From positions 512,001-576,000 of the forward strand of contig CAVSDR010000003.1 in the NCBI GenBank assembly GCA_963726745.1: DNA of 64,000 bases, in the 5' to 3' direction. This document shows positions 51,216 to 59,086 of the stretch, one piece after another. A model generated the notes under the pieces. The model made no database searches, had not been told where the DNA came from, and worked only from the letters and a program-made list of their open reading frames with translations. Position 1 is the stretch's first letter, and each line of letters starts with the position of its first letter. Source of the stretch: an uncultured Verrucomicrobiae bacterium (lineage in GTDB: Bacteria > Verrucomicrobiota > Verrucomicrobiia > Chthoniobacterales > UBA10450). The position numbers and the translations under genes were made by a program.

Positions 51216-52139
51216 TTAGACTTTCTCGGCCACGCGCAGCTTCGCGCTGCGGGACCGTGGGTTGGTGCGCTGCTCCTCGAGGCCGGGTTCAACCGGCTTC
51301 GAGGTGACGGGACGAAAGGCGTAGTCGGGATTGCGCCGCGGCTCGGGCCATTCCGGGCGGTCAAGCCACTCGCGGCTGCGATCGCGGAAGAAATTTTTCA
51401 CGATCCGGTCCTCGAGTGAGTGGAAGGTGATGACGGCAAAACGCGCGCCGCTTTCCAGCCGCTCGCCGATCACGCGCAGCCCCTCGGCGAGCGCGCCAAG
51501 TTCGTCGTTCACTTCCATGCGAAGCGCCTGGAAAACCTGCGTCGCCGGATGCCGGCGGCCGTGGCGCCAGACGATTTTCTCGATCGCTTTCGCCAGCTGC
51601 AGGGTGTCGCGGAAGGTCTCGGCCTTGCGGTGCTTGACCAACTGGCTGGCTATTCTGCGCGCGGCCGGCTCTTCGCCGAGATCGCGGAAGAGCTGGGTCA
51701 ACTCCTCTTCGCTATAGTTATTGACGATGTCGGCCGCGGTCAGCTCGCGCCGCGGGTCCATCCGCATATCGAGCGGGCCGTTCCGCATCACGCTGAAGCC
51801 GCGCTCGGCGTTCTCGAGCTGGCGCGAGGAAACGCCCAGGTCGAGGAGCGCGCCGCCCAGCCGCGCAATCCGGAGCTCGTCGAGCACACGCGGGGCTTCA
51901 CGGAAATTCACCTGGCGCAAGGTCACGCGGCCGCCGAAGGGCGCGAGACGCTCGCTGGCAAAGCGGATGGCGTCCGGGTCCTGGTCGAGCCCGAGAACGT
52001 CGGCCCCGCTTTGCAGGATGAGCTCGCTGTGGCCACCTCCGCCGCAGGTGCCGTCGAGCACCAGGGCCCCGGGACGCGGCGCGAGCAGCTCGAGCGTTTC
52101 CGCCGAGAGCACGGGGCGATGGTAGGTGAAGTCTTCCAT
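51216..52139 (-). CDS. rsmH: 16S rRNA (cytosine1402-N4)-methyltransferase (alternative start 52214)
   Basis: DGTCGGGGHS, DLGVSS, FHSLEDR and NPRSRSAKLR motifs; GAGGAGG upstream of ATG 52139. Confidence 0.95.
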   Translation of the reverse strand: MEDFTYHRPVLSAETLELLAPRPGALVLDGTCGGGGHSELILQSGADVLGLDQDPDAIRFASERLAPFGGRVTLRQVNFREAPRVLDELRIARLGGALLDLGVSSRQLENAERGFSVMRNGPLDMRMDPRRELTAADIVNNYSEEELTQLFRDLGEEPAARRIASQLVKHRKAETFRDTLQLAKAIEKIVWRHGRRHPATQVFQALRMEVNDELGALAEGLRVIGERLESGARFAVITFHSLEDRIVKNFFRDRSREWLDRPEWPEPRRNPDYAFRPVTSKPVEPGLEEQRTNPRSRSAKLRVAEKV

Positions 52140-52227
52140 TTCCTGTGCCTCCTCCTCAATGATCAAGGGCCCGGTGGCGAACCGAACCGGGCGTTCCAAC
52201 AAAAGTGCGTTCATCCGTTTTCCCTCG

Positions 52228-52683
52228 CTACAGGCCGACCAATTTTGCCACGTGCTGGTAGGTGGCGTTTTCCTCTTCGTGGGCGCGTTTCCACTTCGCC
52301 AGGTTCCAGATTTCGAAACGGCCACGGCCGCCCACGAGCTCGACCTCGCCCTTCAGTGCAAGCGCGCGGCATAGGTCTTCCGGAAGGACCAGGCGGCCCT
52401 GCTTGTCGGCCGAGCCGTGCTGCGCCCGGGCGTGTAAGTGGCGCAGGAAAATGCGGCGATCAGCCGGCGAAATCGCGGGATTCTGCTCCACCTCCTGGTT
52501 CATGCGCACGAAAGCCGCGGGCGACAGGACGATGAGAAATTGCCCCTGCGGCTCCGGGACGATGATGAAGTCCTCCGGTTCGCCCTTGCGCCAACGCGAG
52601 GGAATGGTGAGTCGATTCTTCTCGTCGATGGCGTGACGGAAGTTCCCGGCGTAGAAGGTCTGAGATTGAGGTTCGGTGTCCAT
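52228..52683 (-). CDS. mraZ: dcw cluster transcriptional regulator MraZ
   Basis: Two DxKxR motifs (IDEKNRLTIP, ADKQGRLVLP) and FEIW; first gene of the dcw cluster. Confidence 0.92.
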   Translation of the reverse strand: MDTEPQSQTFYAGNFRHAIDEKNRLTIPSRWRKGEPEDFIIVPEPQGQFLIVLSPAAFVRMNQEVEQNPAISPADRRIFLRHLHARAQHGSADKQGRLVLPEDLCRALALKGEVELVGGRGRFEIWNLAKWKRAHEEENATYQHVAKLVGL

Positions 52684-52706
52684 TACGCCAGTGGAGGACG
52701 ATCGCG

Positions 52707-52743
52707 CCATTTCAATCCACTTCGTCCCACTGTTAACCACTTT
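52707..52743 (-). promoter_or_regulatory. MraZ-binding box array
   Basis: Minus strand AAA-GTGG-TTAACA-GTGG-GACGAA-GTGG-ATTGAA-ATGG: four boxes at an exact 10-bp period just upstream of mraZ. Confidence 0.8.
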
Positions 52744-52809
52744 GCGTGCCGAGGGTCAACGAAATAAATCCCTGTTTGCGGGGAATTTTCCGGCCCGTTA
52801 CCGTGACCC

Positions 52810-53274
52810 ATGTTCCCTCGCGGTTTTGCCGTCATTTTCACCGCCGCGGCCCTCGCGTTTTCCGCCGCCAAAGCGCAGCTGCCCACGAGCGCCGCGAGCA
52901 CTGCCATCCGCGTGACCGTTTCCCAAAACGCCGATGGCACCCGCACGAGCTACGAAACGAATCCGGCCGAAAAACGCGCGACGGCCACGACCACCGACCA
53001 TCGCGGCAAGGTCATCGGTGTGATCCGTTACACCCTGGACGACGCCGGCCGCTACGCCACCGGCGAAGCCTTCGGGCCAGGGGACAAGTTCCTCTTCCGC
53101 TCGGCCTACAAATACGACGGCATCGGCCGCGTGGCCGAGGAGACGCGGATGAACCAGGAGAACGTCCTGCAGATGAAGTTGGTCTTCGCTTACGACAGCA
53201 ACGGCAAGCAGGCCGGCTATTCCGTCTACGATCCTGCTGGCAAAAAGATCGGCGAGACTTCGCGGAAACGCTGA
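52810..53274 (+). CDS. Secreted protein with YD/RHS-like beta repeats
   Basis: Signal peptide; YTLDDAGR, YKYDGIGR and FAYDSNGK repeats. Confidence 0.7.
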   Translation: MFPRGFAVIFTAAALAFSAAKAQLPTSAASTAIRVTVSQNADGTRTSYETNPAEKRATATTTDHRGKVIGVIRYTLDDAGRYATGEAFGPGDKFLFRSAYKYDGIGRVAEETRMNQENVLQMKLVFAYDSNGKQAGYSVYDPAGKKIGETSRKR

Positions 53275-53344
53275 GCCCGCGGCCCGGACCCGCGCCGACC
53301 GCCGCTATTGCGGCCTGCCGGAATCCCATTTAAGAACACTCAGG

Positions 53345-54010
53345 ATGATCGACTACATCCAGAAGGGCGGGCTGCTCATGTGGCCTATCCTGGTCTGCAG
53401 CATCATCTCGATCGCTGTTTTCGCGGAGCGCCTCTTTTACTTCCACCGCGCCAGCATTCACGTGGGCGAGTTTCTCCAGGGACTCTCGAACCTGGTCGCG
53501 CGCCGCAATTTCGCCGAGGCGCTGCATGAATCTGCCGGCACGCCTGGCCCGGTCGCGCGCGTGATCCATGCCGCAATCATCCGGCACGAATCCCCGCGCT
53601 CGGAACTGCGCGAGATCGTGCAGGAAGCCGGCCAGCTCGAGGTGCCGAAGCTGGAGCGCTTCCTCGGGGTGCTCGCGACGATCGCCTTTCTCACTCCGCT
53701 CCTCGGCCTGCTCGGAACAGTCGCGGGAATGATCGACGCCTTCGGCACGATCAGCTCAAACGGGGGCTTCGCCACCGTGACCGAGCTCTCGAATGGCATC
53801 TACAAGAGCTTGCTCTCGACCGCCGCTGGACTGGTCGTGGCCACGCCTACCTTTGTGGCCTACAGCTATCTCTCGTCACGGGTGAACACGATCATGCACG
53901 AGATGGAACGCGCCGGGATCGAGGTGGTGCACATGCTCACGGATCACGATGCGCCCAGCGACATCATCACCTTCCAGCCGCCGCGGGAAGTGGCGCGAGG
54001 CGAAAAGTAG
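53345..54010 (+). CDS. exbB: MotA/TolQ/ExbB proton channel protein
   Basis: PLLGLLGTVAGMIDAF and LSTAAGL motifs. Confidence 0.9.
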   Translation: MIDYIQKGGLLMWPILVCSIISIAVFAERLFYFHRASIHVGEFLQGLSNLVARRNFAEALHESAGTPGPVARVIHAAIIRHESPRSELREIVQEAGQLEVPKLERFLGVLATIAFLTPLLGLLGTVAGMIDAFGTISSNGGFATVTELSNGIYKSLLSTAAGLVVATPTFVAYSYLSSRVNTIMHEMERAGIEVVHMLTDHDAPSDIITFQPPREVARGEK

Positions 54011-54037
54011 CGCTTCCGCTACCGACCGACGCGCATC

Positions 54038-54442
54038 GTGAAACTCACCCGCACGAAAGAATTCCACTTCGGCTGGCTGGGCGTGATCTCGATGATCGAC
54101 GTCGTCTTCCTGCTCATTTTTTTCCTCGTCCTGAGCTCGAATTTCATCCTCCAGCCGGGCATCTCCGTCTCCCTGCCGCTCTCGAGTTTCAGCCTCGGCC
54201 CGCAGGTTAACCCGCAGATCATCAGCATCACCGGCGGACCGGCGCCGGCGGTTTATTTCCGCGACCGGAAGGTGTCGTTAGACCAACTCGGGCCGCTTTT
54301 GGAAGCGGCGAAAAAGGAGGGCCGCCCAGTGATCATCAAGGCCGACCGCCTGACGCCTTACGAGGTCGTGGTGGCGGTCACGAACGCGACCCTCGAGCAC
54401 GGCATCACCAGTGTCTCGCTCGCAGCCGCCCCGGCGAAATGA
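54038..54442 (+). CDS. exbD: ExbD/TolR family protein
   Basis: MIDVVFLLIFF TM with the conserved Asp; IIKAD. Confidence 0.88.
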   Translation: MKLTRTKEFHFGWLGVISMIDVVFLLIFFLVLSSNFILQPGISVSLPLSSFSLGPQVNPQIISITGGPAPAVYFRDRKVSLDQLGPLLEAAKKEGRPVIIKADRLTPYEVVVAVTNATLEHGITSVSLAAAPAK

Positions 54443-55212
54443 GCCCGCCGCTCGCGCCCCCGGTGGCATACACGCCAGTGTTCAACTGGCTGCCGCCGCG
54501 CAGCCGCCGGACCGCACTGACGAGCTTCATCGCCGGTTCGATCGCGCTCCATGCGCTCTGCTTTTACCTCTTCCGCATCATCTATCCGCCCACCGTTTCC
54601 CTGCTCCCGCCGCCGGCGCGGGTAAACATAATCACCGGCGATTCGGAAGCCGGACGCGTCCTCCTCCGCTGGATCGAGGCCGAAGATCCCGCGCTCGCCT
54701 CGACCACTCAACGGCCCACGGATGCCGCGGTGCGCCAGCCGCCGGCGGCGCGTTATGTTACCTCGCTGGCCAACTACCAGCCGCAACTCCGCGACCTCCC
54801 GCCGCCGGAGCGTCATCTCGAAGTGCCCAGCGCTTATCCGCCCGGGCCCGTCCCCTCCCCGCGCCCGTCAGCCGGGGCAGGCACATCAGCATCCGTGGCT
54901 ACCACGCTGCACCTCGACCAGACCGAATCACTCGGCGCCCCCGTGCTGCCGCCGTTGTCCTTTCACGCGAGCGCCGGCGACGTCCCGGAGGCCGCGCGCT
55001 TCCGCCTCGGAGTCGATCCCGCGGGCGCGGTGCGGCATTGCTTTCTGGTCGATGCCTCGGGCGATCCCGCGCTCGACGAGCAGGCGCGCCAGCTCCTCCT
55101 CCGCGTCCGTTTTCCGGGGGCGAAAATAGACAGCAACACGCTCCGCTGGACCACCGCCACGCTGGAATGGGGCAACGATCTCGCGCCGGCGCCGGAGCAG
55201 GCCGCACCGTGA
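54439..55212 (+). CDS. TonB-like energy transducer (divergent)
   Basis: TM with SIALH (SHLS-like), Pro-rich linker and C-terminal VDPAGAV..SGDPALDEQA; follows exbBD. Confidence 0.6.
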   Translation: MSPPLAPPVAYTPVFNWLPPRSRRTALTSFIAGSIALHALCFYLFRIIYPPTVSLLPPPARVNIITGDSEAGRVLLRWIEAEDPALASTTQRPTDAAVRQPPAARYVTSLANYQPQLRDLPPPERHLEVPSAYPPGPVPSPRPSAGAGTSASVATTLHLDQTESLGAPVLPPLSFHASAGDVPEAARFRLGVDPAGAVRHCFLVDASGDPALDEQARQLLLRVRFPGAKIDSNTLRWTTATLEWGNDLAPAPEQAAP

Positions 55213-55448
55213 TCCAGGTGAGCCTGGCCGCGCTGGTCACGATCTACCTGTTGGTTTTTCTTGCGGCGGTTTTTCTCCTCTGGATAGTGGGCGAGTGGAA
55301 CCGCCGCCGGCGTGAACGCCGGGCGTTGCGTTATCGATTGCGCTGCGTGATTTGCGCCTTCGAGTTCGAAGATCGAACGCCCGCGCTGCTCCCGCGATGC
55401 CCGCGTTGCGGAAGCCTGAACGAACGACTGAAACCGGAGCAAATTTAG
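55209..55448 (+). CDS. Small membrane protein with a CxxC..CxxC zinc ribbon
   Basis: GTG overlaps the upstream TGA; TM, Arg-rich segment, CVIC..CPRC; stop is 2 nt before guaB3. Confidence 0.7.
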   Translation: MIQVSLAALVTIYLLVFLAAVFLLWIVGEWNRRRRERRALRYRLRCVICAFEFEDRTPALLPRCPRCGSLNERLKPEQI

Positions 55449-55450
55449 TT

Positions 55451-56629
55451 ATGGGAATGTGGATTGGCCGAAATCGAAAAGCGCGCGTGAGCTATGGGTT
55501 CGATGAGATCGCGCTGGTTCCGGGGAGCATCACGATCAACCCAAACGAGGTCGACACCACGTTCCGGCTGGGGCGTCGCGAAGGCGGCCCGCTGGAGTTC
55601 AAGATTCCGATTTTAGCCAGCGCCATGGACGGCGTGGTCGATGTCGATTTTGCCGTCGCCATGAGCCGCCTGGGCGGCCTCGCGGTGCTCAATCTCGAAG
55701 GCGTGCAAACGCGCTACAAAAACCCGCAGGAGGTCCTGCAAAAAATTGTCGATGCCGACAAGCTCGAGGTCACCGGCCTGCTCCAGAAAATTTACACTGA
55801 GCCGGTGCAGGAAGAACTGATTGCCGCGCGGATCAAGCAGATCAAAGACGCCGGCGCGATCGCCGCGGTCTCTTCCATCCCACAGCGCGCGGAACGCTTT
55901 GGCGCGATCGCGCAGGAAGCCGGCGCGGATATTTTCGTGGTCCAAAGCACCGTGAGCACGGTGAAACATATCTCGAGCGAATACCGCTCGTTAGACCTGC
56001 CGAAGTTTTGCCGCGACATGAAGATCCCGGTGATCGTCGGCAACACCGTGACCTACGATGTCACCCTCGCGATCATGGAATGCGGGCCATCGGCCGTGCT
56101 CATCGGCGTCGGTCCCGGCGCCGCCTGCACCTCGCGCGGCGTCCTCGGCCTGGGCGTGCCGCAAGTGACCGCGACGGTGGATTGCGCCGCGGCGCGCGAT
56201 GCTTACTTCAAGAAAAGCTCGCGCTACGTCCCGATCATCACCGACGGCGGCATGAGCAAAGGCGGCGATGTTTGCAAGGCCTTCGCCTGCGGGGCGGACG
56301 CGGTCATGGTCGGGAGTGCTTTCGCAAAAGCGCACGAAGCTCCCGGGAAAGGTTACCATTGGGGCATGGCCACCCCGCACGCGAATCTTCCGCGCGGCAC
56401 CCGCATCAAAGTCGGCGCCACCGGTTCGCTTCAGCAGATTCTTTTCGGCCCCGCGGAAGTGGACGATGGCAGCCAGAATTTAGTCGGCGCCATCACCACC
56501 TGTATGGGCAACGTCGGCGCCTCAAACATGGCGGAGTTTCAACAGACCGAAATCATCATCGCCCCGTCGATCAAGACCGAAGGAAAACTTTTCCAATCAG
56601 TCCAAAGCGTCGGCATGGGCACACGCTGA
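55451..56629 (+). CDS. guaB: GuaB3-family IMP dehydrogenase-related protein (no CBS domains)
   Basis: YGFDEIALVP, ASAMDGV, GPGAACTSR (catalytic Cys), TDGG and HWGMAT motifs. Confidence 0.85.
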   Translation: MGMWIGRNRKARVSYGFDEIALVPGSITINPNEVDTTFRLGRREGGPLEFKIPILASAMDGVVDVDFAVAMSRLGGLAVLNLEGVQTRYKNPQEVLQKIVDADKLEVTGLLQKIYTEPVQEELIAARIKQIKDAGAIAAVSSIPQRAERFGAIAQEAGADIFVVQSTVSTVKHISSEYRSLDLPKFCRDMKIPVIVGNTVTYDVTLAIMECGPSAVLIGVGPGAACTSRGVLGLGVPQVTATVDCAAARDAYFKKSSRYVPIITDGGMSKGGDVCKAFACGADAVMVGSAFAKAHEAPGKGYHWGMATPHANLPRGTRIKVGATGSLQQILFGPAEVDDGSQNLVGAITTCMGNVGASNMAEFQQTEIIIAPSIKTEGKLFQSVQSVGMGTR

Positions 56630-56640
56630 TCCCTTCCCGC

Positions 56641-57894
56641 ATGAACATCCACGATCGCAGAGTAGTCATCACCGGCATGGGCGTCGTTAGTCCCGTGGGC
56701 AACGATCTCGTCACCTTCTGGGATAACCTCAAAAACGGCGTCAGCGGCATCGGTCGGCTCGATGCTTTCGACCCCACCGGTTTTGACTGCAAGATCGCCG
56801 GGCAGGTGCGGAACTTCGATCCAAAGGATTACTTCAAGAACCCGAAGGACGCGCGCCGGACCGATCGTTTTACCCAGTTGGCAATGGCCGCGGCCAAGAT
56901 GTCGCTGGAAGATTGCGGGATCGACTTGGAAAAGACCGACCTGACGCGCTTCGGCGCGATCGTCAGCAGCGGCATCGGCGGCTTGAAAACGCTCGAGGAC
57001 CAGCACAGCGCGCTCTTGAACAAGGGGCCGACGCGCATGTCGCCGTTTACCATCCCGATGTTAATCAGCAACATGGCCAGTGGGTTAATCTCGATGGAAT
57101 ACGGCCTGCAAGGGCCAAACCTTTGCATCGTCACTGCCTGCGCCACTTCCAATAACGCCATCGGCGAATCCTGGCGGATGATTAAGTTCGGCGACGCCGA
57201 CATCTTCCTCGCGGGCGGCTCCGAGGCCGCGGTCGTGCCCATCGGCGTCGGCTCTTTCGCGAGCATGAAGGCGCTGAGCACCCGGAACGACGAACCGACG
57301 CGCGCTTCGCGTCCCTGGGATCGCGACCGCGATGGCTTCGTCATGAGCGAAGGCGCGGGTGTGGTCGTGGTCGAGGAACTCGAGCATGCGAAAGCGCGCG
57401 GCGCGAAAATCTATTGTGAACTCACCGGCTACGGTCTCTCCGCCGATGCCTACCACATGACCGCGCCGCCGCCCGATGGCAGCGGGGCCGCTCGCGCCAT
57501 GCGTATGGCGATGAAATATGCCCAAGCCAATCCGGAGGACATCGACTACGTCAATGCCCACGCTACTTCCACCGGCCTGGGCGATGTCGCGGAAACGCGC
57601 GCGATCAAGGCCGTTCTCGGAGAACACGCCTACAAGACTTCGCTCAGCTCCACCAAGTCAATGACCGGCCACTTGTTAGGCGGCGCCGGCGCGGTGGAGA
57701 TGGCTGCCTGCGCCTTGGCCATGCGCGACTCCGTCATTCCACCGACAATTAACCTCGAGAATCCGGATGAGGAATGCGACCTCGATTACACTCCGCTGGT
57801 CGCAAAGGAGAAGAAGGTGCGCATGGCGATGAATAACTCTTTCGGTTTCGGCGGACATAACGCCACCTTAATTGCGCAAGAGTTTACCGGCTAA
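56641..57894 (+). CDS. fabF: Beta-ketoacyl-ACP synthase II (canonical)
   Basis: Intact triad TACAT, NAHATST and KSMTGH; C-terminal NSFGFGG. Confidence 0.96.
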   Translation: MNIHDRRVVITGMGVVSPVGNDLVTFWDNLKNGVSGIGRLDAFDPTGFDCKIAGQVRNFDPKDYFKNPKDARRTDRFTQLAMAAAKMSLEDCGIDLEKTDLTRFGAIVSSGIGGLKTLEDQHSALLNKGPTRMSPFTIPMLISNMASGLISMEYGLQGPNLCIVTACATSNNAIGESWRMIKFGDADIFLAGGSEAAVVPIGVGSFASMKALSTRNDEPTRASRPWDRDRDGFVMSEGAGVVVVEELEHAKARGAKIYCELTGYGLSADAYHMTAPPPDGSGAARAMRMAMKYAQANPEDIDYVNAHATSTGLGDVAETRAIKAVLGEHAYKTSLSSTKSMTGHLLGGAGAVEMAACALAMRDSVIPPTINLENPDEECDLDYTPLVAKEKKVRMAMNNSFGFGGHNATLIAQEFTG

Positions 57895-57927
57895 GTAGAC
57901 AAGCGACGATTACGCGGCTGGCGATCC

Positions 57928-58404
57928 TTAGACGGTCGTGTCCGCGAAGAGCGCCGTCGCGGTAACGTCGGAGGCGTTGAAGGAAAAGCCGTGACCGCCA
58001 GTGCGCGACAGGCTTTTTAACAAAGCGCCGACTGCGACCGCGGTGCTGCTGGAGTAAAAGCGAACCAAGCCAACGGTGGTGCGTTTGCCGAAAACCGTGA
58101 TCATGATCGTGTCTTCGTCGACCGAGTTCATGAAGATGTGGTTCCCGTTCCCTTGGTGGTAGAGGGCATTGAACTCTACTTCGCCAATGCGGCGCGCCAG
58201 CTCGCAGGTGGCGGCAAAGGAACCGGCAGCAAGCGCGGCGATGATGGTCACATCCATCACCGTCATGTCGCCAAATTGCGAGATCACGTTGCCGCCGCGA
58301 TCGATCACGATCGTAAGCTCGGCCTCGGCTTTCTTCAGGAAATCCGCGAGCACGCCATCGAGCGTCGCGACGTCATCGATCGTTAGGCAGGGAATCGCGT
58401 TCAA
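57928..58404 (-). CDS. mglB: Roadblock/LC7 protein, MglB-like GTPase-activating protein
   Basis: IDRGGNVI..IAALAAGSFAATCELA..GEVEFNALYHQG..TVGLVR, the typical MglB pattern; overlaps mglA. Confidence 0.85.
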   Translation of the reverse strand: MNAIPCLTIDDVATLDGVLADFLKKAEAELTIVIDRGGNVISQFGDMTVMDVTIIAALAAGSFAATCELARRIGEVEFNALYHQGNGNHIFMNSVDEDTIMITVFGKRTTVGLVRFYSSSTAVAVGALLKSLSRTGGHGFSFNASDVTATALFADTTV

Positions 58405-59078
58405 GCTCCCACCCCCTGGATCTTGAAAGCAGCCGGCCCGGTGGTGAGCGGCGCGGCCACCGGTGGCGGCGGGGTGCTCGGGGCTTCGCTCTGCTTGCTG
58501 AATTTATGCAGCAAGATCTGCGAGACGGCATTCAAGGAGGCGAAAACATTCTGCCCGGTGCTGGAGACGACCTCAAAGCTCTGCACGCGCTTCTTCCGGT
58601 TGTTGAGCACGTATTCGAGGTAGTTAACCGGCGCGGTGTTATCCAGGTCGCGCTTGTTGTATTGCACTACGTAGGGAATCTCATCGAGCGAGACATTCTG
58701 CCGGGCGAGGTTCTCTTCCAGGTTCTTAAAGCTCTCGACGTTTTCCTCCATCTTTTCCCACTGGGAATCGGCCACGAAGACAATCCCATCGACGCTCCGC
58801 AAGACGAGCTGGCGGGTGGCATTGTAGATTACCTGGCCGGGCACGGTGTAGAGCTGGAACTTGGTCACGAAGCCTTTGATCACGACCGCGTTTAAGGGCA
58901 GGAAGTCAAAGAAGAGGGTGCGGTCGGCCGCGGTAGCTAACGAGACGAGATCGCCACGATTCTGCGGGTTAATTCGCTGGTGGATGTAAGCCAGATTCGT
59001 CGTCTTTCCGCAAAGCGCTGGCCCGTAGTAGACGATTTTAAACTGAATCTCGCGGCTGGCGTAGTTAATGATCGACAT
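58401..59078 (-). CDS. mglA: Small Ras-like GTPase MglA
   Basis: INYASREIQFKIVYYGPALCGKTTNL, DRTLFFDFLP, LYTVPGQV, VDGIVFVADSQ and QYNKRD. Confidence 0.92.
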   Translation of the reverse strand: MSIINYASREIQFKIVYYGPALCGKTTNLAYIHQRINPQNRGDLVSLATAADRTLFFDFLPLNAVVIKGFVTKFQLYTVPGQVIYNATRQLVLRSVDGIVFVADSQWEKMEENVESFKNLEENLARQNVSLDEIPYVVQYNKRDLDNTAPVNYLEYVLNNRKKRVQSFEVVSSTGQNVFASLNAVSQILLHKFSKQSEAPSTPPPPVAAPLTTGPAAFKIQGVGA

Positions 59079-59086
59079 ATGTCTGC

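Noticed and set aside
52810..53274. RHS toxin
   Set aside because: Only 154 aa with a few YD-like repeats; no RHS core, toxin tip or immunity gene.
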